Source of the DNA: a virus
Lineage: Duplodnaviria; Heunggongvirae; Uroviricota; Caudoviricetes
Reading direction: 5' to 3' (one strand)
DNA: 64,000 nt
Virus record (IMG/VR): IMGVR_UViG_2923618136_000001
Shown: positions 55,138 through 64,000 of the stretch, piece by piece
How the letters are laid out: the number at the start of each line of letters is the position of its first letter
How positions within the stretch are numbered: position 1 is the first letter of the stretch
Made by a program: the position numbers and the translations under genes
Notes under the pieces: generated by a model
Seen by the model: only the letters and a program-made list of their open reading frames with translations
Told to the model about the DNA's origin: nothing
The model's database searches: none

Positions 55138-55794
55138 TCAGATAACGGCCGGGTTGTCCGCGGTGCGGCACAGGTCCCGGTGCATGTAGCCGAGCTGGAA
55201 CTGATCGGCGCGGCCCTCGATCGCAGCGGCCCGGGTCTTCACCTTGAGCAGGGAGGCCGGGTCGTCCTTGTCGATGGAGCCGATCTCCAGGTCTTCCGGC
55301 ATCGGGTCACCGGGCCGGACGACCTGCAGGAACCACGCCTGCGCCTGGACGCCGTGCTCGCACACCGGGATGCGGGTGAAGGCGTCACGGCTCTTCGGGG
55401 CCGGGTGGAACGGCACGCTCAGCCATGCGTCGTCCCACGGCAGGCTCAGGCCATTGGCCCAGGTGCCGAACTGCTCGGGGAACTCCGCGATGATCGCGGC
55501 GACGTCGTAGTTCCGGCCCACGCAGTGCGTGTAGATCTTCCGCACGATGGCCTGCGGCGTGATCTCGACCAGCAGCTCGGCGTCGTCAGCGCGCCAGTGC
55601 TGGGCCAGGTCGTCGAGGTTCCCGGCCGCGTAGTGGCGGCCGTGCATCCATTCGCCGTACCAGGTGGGGTTACCGATGAGCGGCCGGGGCGCGTTGACGA
55701 CGGCCAGGCCCTGCGTGCGGATCGCGTGGTCGTGCTCACCCCATCCGGGGGTTCCGGCGAGGACGTAACGCTTCCGCAGGATGTCGGTGCTCAT
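55138..55794 (-). CDS. hypothetical protein
   Basis: ATG at 55794 with GAAGGGA RBS. 218 aa. Confidence 0.45.
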   Translation of the reverse strand: MSTDILRKRYVLAGTPGWGEHDHAIRTQGLAVVNAPRPLIGNPTWYGEWMHGRHYAAGNLDDLAQHWRADDAELLVEITPQAIVRKIYTHCVGRNYDVAAIIAEFPEQFGTWANGLSLPWDDAWLSVPFHPAPKSRDAFTRIPVCEHGVQAQAWFLQVVRPGDPMPEDLEIGSIDKDDPASLLKVKTRAAAIEGRADQFQLGYMHRDLCRTADNPAVI

Positions 55795-56024
55795 TGCTGT
55801 GGTCCCTTCGTGCAGTCGTGAAGCAGGTGGTTGTCCATGGCGGCGTCGAGCAGCGCGATGGTGGTCTTGCCGCTCTCCCATGCGGTGCTGGCCATCTGTA
55901 GGCACAGCGGGCAGAGCACTTCCAGGCGCCGCGGCTGGCCGGGCCTGGCCGGGTGGTCGAAGTGGCCGTTCCGGCGGGCGCGGCGTGCGAGTTGCGCGCG
56001 GCCGGTCTTCGTGTTCGGGTTCAC
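55791..56024 (-). CDS. small zinc-finger protein
   Basis: GTGA-coupled GTG start. CPLC...HDC. Confidence 0.35.
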   Translation of the reverse strand: MNPNTKTGRAQLARRARRNGHFDHPARPGQPRRLEVLCPLCLQMASTAWESGKTTIALLDAAMDNHLLHDCTKGPQQ

Positions 56025-56668
56025 TCGCCGTCGTCCTCGTCGCTGTCCTCGGCGTCGAGGAACTCCAGGCAGAAACCGCCTGCGTCGCGGAGGATGCTGT
56101 CGAGGAGCTCCTCGACTTCTTCCCGCGTCGGGACCGGCCCGGTCACGGGCTCGTACATCGCGCACGAGTCGGGGCAGGTCTCCCCCGGCTCGGTGCCGCA
56201 GTGCTTGCAGGGCTTCTTGTTGGGCACGGTGTCGCGGACGTCGAACACCCGCTCGGCCGTCCAGCCGGACCATTTGCCTTCGACGGTCTGCTCGGTCTCG
56301 CCGGTGGTCTCGTTCGTGGACTCGACGATCTTGTTGCCCTTGCGCTTGGCCAGGACCCGGATCGACTCGGCCTCCTTCCGGACCGCCCGGCCCTCCTTGC
56401 CCCAGAAGAACGCCGAGTTGACGCGGGTGGCCTGCGGGTTCTGCGCGAGCATGCCGAGGGCGTTGCCGAGGGTGCGGTGACCCATGACGCGCGAGGCGTA
56501 CACCCGGAAGCCGTCGATCAGCTCGACGCTCTGCGACAGGAGCGCGGCGCCGACCTCCCTGGCGTGGATCGCGATCTGCTTGTCAGCCTGCTTGCGCGCC
56601 TTGTACGCCTCGCGCTCCTCCGGGGTGAAGTCGGCGCGGGGACGCTTACGCGTGTAGGTGCTTCCCAT
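56021..56668 (-). CDS. ArdC-like N-terminal (ssDNA-binding) domain protein
   Basis: ATG at 56668 with AAGGAAGG RBS. ATRVNSAFFWGKEGRAVRKEAESIRVLA resembles the ArdC N-domain W...KQA..LGG.VRKGEKG motif. C-terminal Cys cluster. Confidence 0.4.
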   Translation of the reverse strand: MGSTYTRKRPRADFTPEEREAYKARKQADKQIAIHAREVGAALLSQSVELIDGFRVYASRVMGHRTLGNALGMLAQNPQATRVNSAFFWGKEGRAVRKEAESIRVLAKRKGNKIVESTNETTGETEQTVEGKWSGWTAERVFDVRDTVPNKKPCKHCGTEPGETCPDSCAMYEPVTGPVPTREEVEELLDSILRDAGGFCLEFLDAEDSDEDDGE

Positions 56669-56754
56669 GGGTTGGTTGCCTTCCTTGCTATCTGTTGTGA
56701 TAGCGGTAAGGGTGCTGACCCGGTTGGGTGGCCGGGCCAGCACCAGAACATTGG

Positions 56755-57279
56755 TCAGGCAGCGGCGGGGCGGAGGCCGAACAGCTCGGTCCCGATCAGC
56801 TCCAAGTCCTCGTAGCTGTTGCTGCCGTGGAACAGGTCGCCTTCATCGGAGTCCGAGGTGGCGAGGCCGAGCAGCCGAAGCGCTCGCTCCGCTGCGGTGA
56901 TGGCGAGGATGCTGCCGTCGCCCCAGGGCCTCACCCAGTTCTCATTGTCGTCCGGCTCGGCGAGCAGCAGGTCCTCCGAGTAGGTGTTGCCGGGCTGGTG
57001 CGGCTTGCCGTTGAGGAAGAGGTTGCCGTTGCCGTCGGTGGTGAGCAGCCACTTGCCTCGGGTGATGTAGCACACGTACCCGGCGAGGCACAGCGCGGTG
57101 CCGCACCGGTCGTCACCGACGAGGCACCGCCAGGTGCCCTGGTGCCAGCGGGTGTAGAAGGAGCCGCGCCCGGGACGTTCCGCCGTGCGAAGCGCGCCGT
57201 CCTCCTTGATGCGGTCCATTGCGTACCAGAACAGGTCAGCGCCGCGCAGCTCGACCGGGCTGGTCTTGATCGTGGTCAT
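56755..57279 (-). CDS. hypothetical protein
   Basis: 174 aa. Confidence 0.4.
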   Translation of the reverse strand: MTTIKTSPVELRGADLFWYAMDRIKEDGALRTAERPGRGSFYTRWHQGTWRCLVGDDRCGTALCLAGYVCYITRGKWLLTTDGNGNLFLNGKPHQPGNTYSEDLLLAEPDDNENWVRPWGDGSILAITAAERALRLLGLATSDSDEGDLFHGSNSYEDLELIGTELFGLRPAAA

Positions 57280-57318
57280 TTCGTGCCTTCCGTGAAAAGG
57301 AGTGGTGAGGTAGGTGGG

Positions 57319-57738
57319 TCAGGCAGCGGCCGGCTCGGCCGGTCGGTACCGGCGGGCCACGCCGGTCGCGCGGAGCTCGTCGATCGCCCGGCGCCCGCAC
57401 ACGGTCCGCGGTCGCTTCCGCGCCTCGTGTCGGGCGCGGAACTCCTCGGCGGTGATGAGGTCAGCGACCCGCTCGGCCTGGTCGAGCCACATGTCCGCGT
57501 CGAACAGCTCGGGCTCGTAGTGCGTCTCGGCCGCAGCCCGGCAGCGACGCGCCTCGGCGAGGCGGCGGTCAATGCCCATTACGTGGTCGGGGCCGAACTT
57601 CGCGAACGCCTCCAGCGCGGCGATCCGCGCCTCGAACTTCTGGTCGTCGAAGTGGATCGAGTCGATCTCGACGCCGGGGTCACCTTTCCAGGTGATAGTG
57701 ACGGAGCCGAACGTCTGGGTCGTGTTCGGGGATTCCAC
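57319..57738 (-). CDS. hypothetical protein
   Basis: 139 aa. Confidence 0.4.
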   Translation of the reverse strand: MESPNTTQTFGSVTITWKGDPGVEIDSIHFDDQKFEARIAALEAFAKFGPDHVMGIDRRLAEARRCRAAAETHYEPELFDADMWLDQAERVADLITAEEFRARHEARKRPRTVCGRRAIDELRATGVARRYRPAEPAAA

Positions 57739-57822
57739 CGGGGGCCTCTCTCTCCTCAGATTGGTAGGGGTGAGGGGGTGAACGCCTGCCGCTATCTGAA
57801 TTGCTAGCGGCAGGCGAACGGG

Positions 57823-59325
57823 TCACACGTAGTTGTCGATCCAGGCCAGGGAACCCCGGTCGAGTCGCTTCATGGCGCGGGTGACCGTGACGTAGTCGAG
57901 CATCAGCTCGTCCTTCTCCACCGGCAGGCGGCCGGGCGTCCTGGTGTTGTCGTTGGGCTGGCGGAAGTCCCCGCCCGCGCGGACATTGGCCCACTCCAGG
58001 CCCTTGGACTTGTGGGCGGTCGAGATGATCGTGTCGCCCGGTCGGGCCTTGGAGGCGTTCTTGACCTGCTTGGCGGCGCGGTTCACCGTTTCGGCGTCGT
58101 AGTTGTCGACCAGTTCCACGAACGCCCGCAGGTCGTTGCCGCGTGAGTCGGTGTCCACGTATTCCTGCACGTCGGCCCAGTCAGCGAAGGCGCACAGGTC
58201 CGGGTGGTCGGTGAGCTGACCGGCCTGGAGCAGGACGGCGGCTTCGGCCATGCGCGCGATCTCTTCCCCGCCGCCGACCAAAGCGGGGGAGCCGCCGGCC
58301 TTGAGGATGGCGAACACCTCGGCCATGGAGGCGGCGTTGGTGCGGGTGAGGACCACGTCGGGGCGGTCGACGGGGCCGATGGTGGAGCCGACCGGGGGGT
58401 GGCCCTGCAGGCGGATCGGCGCGTCGAGGAGCTGCAGCCACTTGTTGGCTTCCTCAGCGATGGCCGGGCCGAACCTGAACGACTTGGTCAGGGTCAGGAC
58501 CTTGTCGGCGGGAAACGTGTTCAGGATGTCGATGCTGCCGTTCCACCCGTTGATCGCTTGGGCGGAGTCGCCGACGATGATCCGCTGCGTTGAGGACTGG
58601 GTGCCCAGGTAGAGGCTCTCGGCGGCGCCGTTGGTGTCCTGGCACTCGTCCACCATGATCAGGCGGTACGGGAGGGTCAGGTTCGCCCTGGCGACGACGA
58701 TCTGGGCGATCTTCAGGTAGTAGTCGTGCGTCCAGATCAGCTTGCCGTCCTTGGAACGGATGTCGGCGCGGGCCTTCTCGGTGATCGGGAGAATGAGCTC
58801 CTGCAGGCGGGCGATGTCCTGCGGGTCGTTAATGTTCGCCGGGGCCTTGATGTGCTCGGGGCCCAACTCCAGGTCCGCCGTCTTGCACCAGGCGTCGATG
58901 GAGGCCATGGCGAGGCTCGCCTGCTGGGCAGCCGACAGCTTGACGTCGCCGTTGATCCAGGCGGAGCCGGACAGGCCCAGGATGTTGGCCTGCTGCTTGG
59001 AGGTCTGCCGCCGGGGGATCTGGACGCCGTTGACGGTTGAGCCGCCCATCCGGTCGAGGTGGTGGCGCCAGTGGTTGGCGACGATGCGCCGCGCGTAGGA
59101 GTGGTTCGTGTGGACGTCCACGTTCGATGGCATTTTCTCCATCAGCTCGCGGCGGACGCTGGCGTTGTAGACGACGCACAGGATGCGCTCTTTCGGCATC
59201 TCCTTGGCAGTGGCCACGAGGGTGCTGGACTTTCCGCAGCCTGCCCCAGCCTGGACAGTGATGGTGTTTCCGTCGCGGGCGGCGTCGATGATCGACTGCT
59301 GCTCCAGGGTGGGGGTAGGTGCCAC
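57823..59325 (-). CDS. UvrD/PcrA-like SF1 DNA helicase
   Basis: GTG at 59325 with AGAAAGG RBS. Walker A AGAGCGKS, DExx MVDECQD, motif VI TAHKSKGLEW. Confidence 0.75.
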   Translation of the reverse strand: MAPTPTLEQQSIIDAARDGNTITVQAGAGCGKSSTLVATAKEMPKERILCVVYNASVRRELMEKMPSNVDVHTNHSYARRIVANHWRHHLDRMGGSTVNGVQIPRRQTSKQQANILGLSGSAWINGDVKLSAAQQASLAMASIDAWCKTADLELGPEHIKAPANINDPQDIARLQELILPITEKARADIRSKDGKLIWTHDYYLKIAQIVVARANLTLPYRLIMVDECQDTNGAAESLYLGTQSSTQRIIVGDSAQAINGWNGSIDILNTFPADKVLTLTKSFRFGPAIAEEANKWLQLLDAPIRLQGHPPVGSTIGPVDRPDVVLTRTNAASMAEVFAILKAGGSPALVGGGEEIARMAEAAVLLQAGQLTDHPDLCAFADWADVQEYVDTDSRGNDLRAFVELVDNYDAETVNRAAKQVKNASKARPGDTIISTAHKSKGLEWANVRAGGDFRQPNDNTRTPGRLPVEKDELMLDYVTVTRAMKRLDRGSLAWIDNYV

Positions 59326-59347
59326 GGCGGTGCCTTTCTGGGGGACT

Positions 59348-59371
59348 GTCGCTAGCAATGTTGCTAGCGAC
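59348..59371. promoter_or_regulatory. perfect palindrome GTCGCTAGCAA-tg-TTGCTAGCGAC (GCTAGC-N6-GCTAGC) 20 bp upstream of the helicase start
   Basis: Read directly from the sequence. Confidence 0.55.
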
Positions 59372-59402
59372 AGGAAGGGGGGGTTGGTCGGGTGGAGCTG
59401 GG

Positions 59403-59777
59403 TTACCGGTCGGCAGTGGGTGCCGCGTTCCGGGCGTAGTAGTCGCGCCACATGGATGCGACCTCGTTGGCGGCGAGCTCGAACTTGGCCGGGTCGCTGC
59501 CGCGTGCGGCGTCGCAGGCGGCGTTTTCGATCCGCCAGGCGAGGTCGGCCGCCCGCTTGGCCTTGTCGTAGGAGCGTTCGCAGCGCTGGCGGTGCTCGGC
59601 GGTGCCGTTGAACCCCCGGTGCTCGCGGTCGCGTTCCTGCGCCCGGGTCAGGGAGGTTTCGGCGTCTTCCAGGTTGCGCTGCGGGACCAGCGCGGCGGAG
59701 GTAGCGGCGATGCGCAGGTAGTTGTTCACGGCCTGGTCGGGGGTGGCGACGAGCTTTGCGCGGGTCCGGTTGTGCAT
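59403..59777 (-). CDS. hypothetical protein
   Basis: 124 aa. Confidence 0.4.
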   Translation of the reverse strand: MHNRTRAKLVATPDQAVNNYLRIAATSAALVPQRNLEDAETSLTRAQERDREHRGFNGTAEHRQRCERSYDKAKRAADLAWRIENAACDAARGSDPAKFELAANEVASMWRDYYARNAAPTADR

Positions 59778-59801
59778 CGGGGTTCCTCCGGTCGGGGTTG
59801 G

Positions 59802-60065
59802 TCAGCCGGTCTGGTTGGCGTACATCGCCTCGCGGAGGGTGACGCCCTGGGTCATCGCGTAGTTGATCGCTTCCATGGCCATCCCCCGGGGCCAGCGCTG
59901 GGTGCCGAGGAGCTTGATCAGGGCCTCCTGTGCGTCGCCGTAGGCACCGTCCCAGCGGGCGAGCGTCTGGTCTTCGGCGCTGTCGAGGGCGCGCATCAGG
60001 GTGAGGAGCTGCTCGCCGAGGGCGCCGGTGGTGGGCCGGGCCTGGGTCGCGGTGGCGGTGGTCAT
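59802..60065 (-). CDS. hypothetical protein
   Basis: ATG at 60065 (MTTATATQARP...). Confidence 0.4.
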   Translation of the reverse strand: MTTATATQARPTTGALGEQLLTLMRALDSAEDQTLARWDGAYGDAQEALIKLLGTQRWPRGMAMEAINYAMTQGVTLREAMYANQTG

Positions 60066-60078
60066 TTCGCGCCTTTCT

Positions 60079-60096
60079 GCTAGCGGAACCGCTAGC
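60079..60096. promoter_or_regulatory. GCTAGC-GGAACC-GCTAGC dyad 14 bp upstream of gene start 60065
   Basis: Read directly from the sequence. Confidence 0.5.
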
Positions 60097-60132
60097 GTTT
60101 TTGGGACGTTTCCGCAGCTCAGGAGTGCTTTG

Positions 60133-60235
60133 GAACGTCTCGATCCTCTCACATGTTCGTCAGATTTACAAAACGACCCTTTGGCGTGCTGAGACGCGAA
60201 TCCGCGAACGTCTCAGAGCGTCTCAGAGCGCTTGA
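60133..60235. promoter_or_regulatory. cluster of GTCTC(A/G)-type repeats, including tandem CGTCTCAGAG CGTCTCAGAG
   Basis: gaacgtctcgatcc; gctgagacgcg (reverse complement); gaacgtctcagagcgtctcagagcg. Sits within a 345-bp intergenic region. Confidence 0.4.
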
Positions 60236-60410
60236 GAACGCGACGCGAACGACGACACGCGAGCTACGCCCAAGAGCGCTCACGCGCGATTCTGGCCACG
60301 CGTACGGGCTAGCAAGAGCGCAAGCCTCAGCGGAGAAAGCGAACATCGCGACGGGCCCCGGTGCTCCCTCGCGCCTGATCTGCAAAAACCGAACGGACGC
60401 GCAAATTCCG

Positions 60411-61013
60411 TTAACCGGCGGCATTTTCGCTCCCCCGTCCAGCTCGCTCCCACCGCGCCCGCCGCAACGCCACGGCGTACGCCGCCCGCCGTGCCACCTC
60501 CACGGGATCCTCATCCGGCTCCTCCAGCGCCCACGGTTCAGCCAGCGCCCCCGCATCCACCGCGGCCGCCGCGGCTTCATCCGCTCGGTTCCACCGCTCC
60601 GGATCTCTGCGCGTCCCCGACTTCTTCGCCCGGGTGGCCATCGCCCGCGCGGCGGCCGGCGAGGCCTCCGCGAGGAGCTGACGAGCATGCGCGACCGTGG
60701 CCGCCAGGTCGACCGGCCGGGCCTGCCCGTGCTCGGCCCGCTTCGCTCGTGCGAGCGCTTGCGCTCGTGTCTTCGCCGAGTTCGCACGGGCACGACGCTG
60801 CGACGGCGACAGGACCGGCTGCAGCGACTTGTCCATCCACAGCGACAGTCGGGCCTTGGCGACCTCCCACCGCGCCGGATCCCCCAGCACCCGGGCGACA
60901 CCGTCCGGCGGGTTGTTCAGCGCCTCCACCACATCGGCGTGGCTCCACCCAGCGGCGAAGAACCGCTGAGCCAGGTTCAGCAGATGCTCCGGCACCTGCG
61001 GGTTCGTGTTCAT
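60411..61013 (-). CDS. hypothetical protein sharing a domain with the C-terminus of the downstream Rep-like protein
   Basis: HLLNLAQRFFAAGWSHADVVEALNNPPDG vs DLRSMLRLAFAAGWTVADVEHALNWRPDG in 61010..62116. Confidence 0.45.
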   Translation of the reverse strand: MNTNPQVPEHLLNLAQRFFAAGWSHADVVEALNNPPDGVARVLGDPARWEVAKARLSLWMDKSLQPVLSPSQRRARANSAKTRAQALARAKRAEHGQARPVDLAATVAHARQLLAEASPAAARAMATRAKKSGTRRDPERWNRADEAAAAAVDAGALAEPWALEEPDEDPVEVARRAAYAVALRRARWERAGRGSENAAG

Positions 61014-62116
61014 GCGCCTTCCTTCAGTCGTGCTTCCATCGTTGCCCGCGCGGTCAGGTACTCCTCAGTCGGTGTGCGCCGCGCCTTCAAGACGACCACC
61101 TGGGCGGCTGGCTCGGGCTCGGGTTCGCCGTTCAACGCCAGGTCCAAGCGCCGTTCCTCCTCCTGCCACATCGCGGCTTCCTCGTCAGCGGCCTGCTGCG
61201 ACGCCGACCGCACCAGCGGCGTGCCATCCGCAGCGATCCACAGGCCCATGCGGTGACGGATCCGTGACCGCATGCCCCGCTTCCGCTCGACCGTCCCCGC
61301 CAGCCGCCCCGGGTCGATGTCGCCCCAGTGCTGGCCGTCCGGCCGCCAGTTCAGCGCGTGCTCCACGTCGGCCACAGTCCAACCCGCAGCGAAAGCGAGA
61401 CGCAGCATCGACCGCAGGTCCTTCACCGACAGAATGCCGAGCGTGATGCCGTTGTCCGTACGGAGCCGCTCACACGCCGCGAGTTGATCTTTCCTGGTTC
61501 CAGGCGATTCGAGACGTGGCCAGGACACGGCCGGTTCCGTGGTCACGGAGTTGTCGCGCGCGCCCGCGTTAGGGAGAGTTCTTGCAAGAGATAAACCACT
61601 AACTACGGGAGTGCAAAGATTCTCCACACCCTCGCTGACGTGGGAAAACGTCGGGCGCTCGGTGACGGTCTCGACGGGCCAGGGCACTTCGTCAGCGTCG
61701 TCGACCGCGTCGACCTTGAGGGGCTGGAGCTCGTCATCACCCAGCAGTTCGGCCGGGGCGGTCAGAGCGTACTCGGTGGCGAGGTTGCCCTGGCCGTCGT
61801 CGAACCGGCCCCACAGGTTGCCGCGCCTGGTGCGAGGCGTCGAGCCGGGCATGACGACGACGAGGAGCCCGTGCTCACGCAGCCACTTGACCAGGTAGGC
61901 GATGGTGCGGCGGGAAACGCCGACCTCTTCGCCGAGCACGATCCAGGTGGCGCCGCGCTTGGGCGCGGTCATCATGGTGGCGTCGGTGCGGGTGGCGAGC
62001 TGCCACGCCAGGTGCATGAGGTTGCGGTGCCGCTGGCGATTGCAGTGGGCACGCGCGAGGTAGTCCACCGCGTCGAGCCACGCGGCGCGGGTGGGTGCAA
62101 GTTTCTGCCCGTCCAT
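61010..62116 (-). CDS. putative replication initiator-like winged-helix protein
   Basis: Candidate start ATG 62116 (ORF open to 62332). wHTH segment VSRRTIAYLVKWLREHGLLVV. The GCGAAAAAACCGAAAT motif lies ~65 bp upstream on the coding strand. Confidence 0.4.
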   Translation of the reverse strand: MDGQKLAPTRAAWLDAVDYLARAHCNRQRHRNLMHLAWQLATRTDATMMTAPKRGATWIVLGEEVGVSRRTIAYLVKWLREHGLLVVVMPGSTPRTRRGNLWGRFDDGQGNLATEYALTAPAELLGDDELQPLKVDAVDDADEVPWPVETVTERPTFSHVSEGVENLCTPVVSGLSLARTLPNAGARDNSVTTEPAVSWPRLESPGTRKDQLAACERLRTDNGITLGILSVKDLRSMLRLAFAAGWTVADVEHALNWRPDGQHWGDIDPGRLAGTVERKRGMRSRIRHRMGLWIAADGTPLVRSASQQAADEEAAMWQEEERRLDLALNGEPEPEPAAQVVVLKARRTPTEEYLTARATMEARLKEGA

Positions 62117-62383
62117 GAGGACGGGTTGGACTGTGGACGTGATGGAGGTGCGCGCTGACGTGCAGCGACGCGCCTCTATTTCGGTTTTTTCGCAAACCGA
62201 CGACAGGCGTGTTATCTTGTACTCCGAATGCAAGGTCCCCATGGGGGCACCGCGAAGCGTCCCGCTCGTCGCCGACCAAAGCCAGAGCAGGATGCAATCG
62301 CGTGAAGTGGTTACTTCAGGAGCGGCCCGCACTGCGGGCCGTTTCTCATTCAGCCGATAGTTCTCCCTTCGGGATTTGCCGGA

Positions 62384-64000
62384 TTATTCCACAGTTGCGC
62401 GGTGTTTCCATTTGCTGAAACGAGCGCTCAGGTTGTGACGCCTGGACTCCCCCCACACCGAGTGAACGACGATCCACGCCGTAGTGGGATCTTCCCGGTA
62501 CACGTCCACGTGGTCGATCACTTCGGCCAGGATGTTCCGCAGCCGATCAGCAGGCAGGCTGTCCCACTCCTGGATGAGTCCTTCGATCACCGGCACGCAA
62601 TCCATCGGGTCGATCGGGTCTCGTAGGTCGTCGAACTCGGCGAGCGCGTCCAGGACCTCTTCGCGTTCGCGGAGCAGCTTGTCCCTCACCGGCTCGTAGG
62701 ACGATTGCGGGATCACGTCGTTGATCAGCAGTTCGGTCTGCCGTTCGAGCGCCTTGTCAATGCGCTCCAGCTCACGGCGAAGCGCTTCCGGCCGGGACTC
62801 CTCAGCTTCTGTGACCACCTGCAGGCCAGCCGCTGCGAGAGCCGCCGCGGCCTCGATTTCTGGCACCCACTCGACGAGCACCTGCTGAACCGCTTCCTCG
62901 ACGGCATCCATCGTCACAAACCGGGTTCCGCATCTGGGAACGTCGTAACGCTTGCGGTAGATCGACCCGCAGACCCACCCCATGCGGCCACTGTGGTTGA
63001 CCTTGAGCGGGTACATGGTGTTGGTGCAGTAGCCGCACTTACACATTTTGGACATTGGATAGACGGCTCTCCTGGCGCGCGGCGGCAGTGCCGAGGTGAT
63101 CTTTCGGTACCTCTTGTAGGTCTCCCACGTCTCCATGCTGATCACCTCCTTGTGCGCGCCGGGGTGGTACTCCTTGTTGCGGCAGCTCGACGGCTTGGCG
63201 CACCGGCAGTCGCGATGGTGGACGCAGATCAGGCCAGCCGCGAAACCCCGATCCATGACCCGCGCCAGCTCACTCGGCCTGAACTTCCCGCCGCTTGTCG
63301 TCCGGGCGCCGCGAGCGTTAACCCAGTCGGCCAGGACGGAGAAGCTCCGGTCGGCGATCCACCGGTCGTAGCAGTCCGCGAGAATGCCAGCGATACCGCT
63401 TGCATGGTCGGGCTCGTAGCGTTCCGGGCCGTCCTCGGGAGCGGCCAAGGTCCTGTCGTGGTAGAGCGGGTGACGGGCTCGGCCGCGCCGGATGTACCCG
63501 AACTGGGCGGCACCGAGCGGGGGAAGCCCACGGGCAAGACGGTTCTGGAACGCCTCGCCCCACTGCTCACCGGCACGGTCGGACTCGAACGCGGCCAGCT
63601 CGAACAGCACGCCGCGGGTGAGCTTGCCGACCGCTGTACGGGCGTCGATCTCTTCAGTCGCGGAGACCAGCTCACCGCCGGCCTTCTCAACGCGGGCGAG
63701 GTTGAGCTGATTGCCGGTCCGATTGCGTCCGAACCGGGAGTACTTCCAGACGAGGATCGCCTTGGCCCTGGCCGCCTCGACGTCAGCGATGACCGTCATG
63801 ATCTTCCGCTGGAACGTCCTGCCGGAGACATCGAGATCTTCGACCCACTCGATGATGCGGAAGCCACGGCGGCGAGCCAGCTCCTTGATTGAAGCTCGCT
63901 GGATGTCGGGAGAGATCTTCTCTTCCAGCATCATCGAGACGCGGATGTAGCCGATGGCGGGGATCAGGGGTTGTTGACCTGGGGGGACATGCACGATCAC
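62384..64000 (-). CDS. large serine recombinase (phage integrase type); start at or beyond window end
   Basis: N-terminal resolvase catalytic motif AIGYIRVS(S) with Arg/Asp-rich catalytic domain. Followed by a recombinase domain, a Cys-rich zinc ribbon (CKCGYC...C) and a C-terminal coiled coil. The first codon at 64000 is GTG. Confidence 0.8.
   Translation of the reverse strand: MIVHVPPGQQPLIPAIGYIRVSMMLEEKISPDIQRASIKELARRRGFRIIEWVEDLDVSGRTFQRKIMTVIADVEAARAKAILVWKYSRFGRNRTGNQLNLARVEKAGGELVSATEEIDARTAVGKLTRGVLFELAAFESDRAGEQWGEAFQNRLARGLPPLGAAQFGYIRRGRARHPLYHDRTLAAPEDGPERYEPDHASGIAGILADCYDRWIADRSFSVLADWVNARGARTTSGGKFRPSELARVMDRGFAAGLICVHHRDCRCAKPSSCRNKEYHPGAHKEVISMETWETYKRYRKITSALPPRARRAVYPMSKMCKCGYCTNTMYPLKVNHSGRMGWVCGSIYRKRYDVPRCGTRFVTMDAVEEAVQQVLVEWVPEIEAAAALAAAGLQVVTEAEESRPEALRRELERIDKALERQTELLINDVIPQSSYEPVRDKLLREREEVLDALAEFDDLRDPIDPMDCVPVIEGLIQEWDSLPADRLRNILAEVIDHVDVYREDPTTAWIVVHSVWGESRRHNLSARFSKWKHRATVE

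Noticed and set aside
60491-61267. 258-aa plus-strand ORF downstream of the GCAAAAACCGAA motif at 60381
   Set aside because: Pro/Arg-rich, and antisense to the well-formed 60411..61013 and 61010..62116 genes. The motif may instead drive a non-coding or antisense transcript.
1-64000. GCTAGC hexamer as a generally enriched word
   Set aside because: About 18 copies were seen against ~20 expected from base composition. Only the N6-spaced dyads and the long palindromes are non-random, so the claim was restricted to those.
1-64000. tRNA genes, CRISPR arrays, rRNA
   Set aside because: I found no T-loop-like GGTTCGA(A/G)TCC signatures, cloverleaf-sized structured gaps or regularly spaced repeats. 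Intergenic regions are short except the regulatory ones described.

Overview
This is a GC-rich (~70%) actinobacterial (Streptomyces-like) temperate phage or prophage segment. It is gene-dense and almost entirely on the minus strand, with many translationally coupled ATGA/GTGA start-stop overlaps.

Reading the minus strand from 64000 down to 1, the order is:
- large serine recombinase at the window edge;
- replication-like and early DNA-metabolism genes (SF1 helicase, gamma-class N6A methyltransferase, DnaQ-like exonuclease, PD-(D/E)XK nuclease, HU, WhiB-like, J-domain and HTH proteins);
- a putative genetic switch at 39.1-39.3 kb, with four TTCGCGAA palindromes between divergent HTH genes, followed by a plus-strand moron cluster (secreted PT-rich protein, LuxR regulator, membrane protein);
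- a putative iteron plus AT-rich origin at 26.4-26.6 kb;
- an internal tyrosine recombinase with excisionase at 19.1-20.4 kb;
- a tightly coupled four-gene DNA-modification cassette at 12.8-16.7 kb (ParB-like nuclease, C5 cytosine methyltransferase, AsnB-like glutamine amidotransferase, CmoA-like carboxy-SAM synthase);
- RusA;
- small and large terminase;
- an unusual five-gene insert that includes a tandem-repeat protein;
- portal;
- a MuF-like protein fused to an ADP-ribosyltransferase toxin domain;
- scaffold;
- the 5' part of the major capsid gene, which runs off the window start.

Several families of short intergenic motifs recur upstream of operons: GCTAGC-N6-GCTAGC dyads, CGTCTCAGAG direct repeats and GCAAAAACCGAA. 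No tRNA, rRNA or CRISPR array was seen.

The most interesting candidate is the CmoA/C5-MTase/AsnB cassette, which could hypermodify cytosine in phage DNA to a 5-carboxymethyl or 5-carbamoylmethyl derivative.
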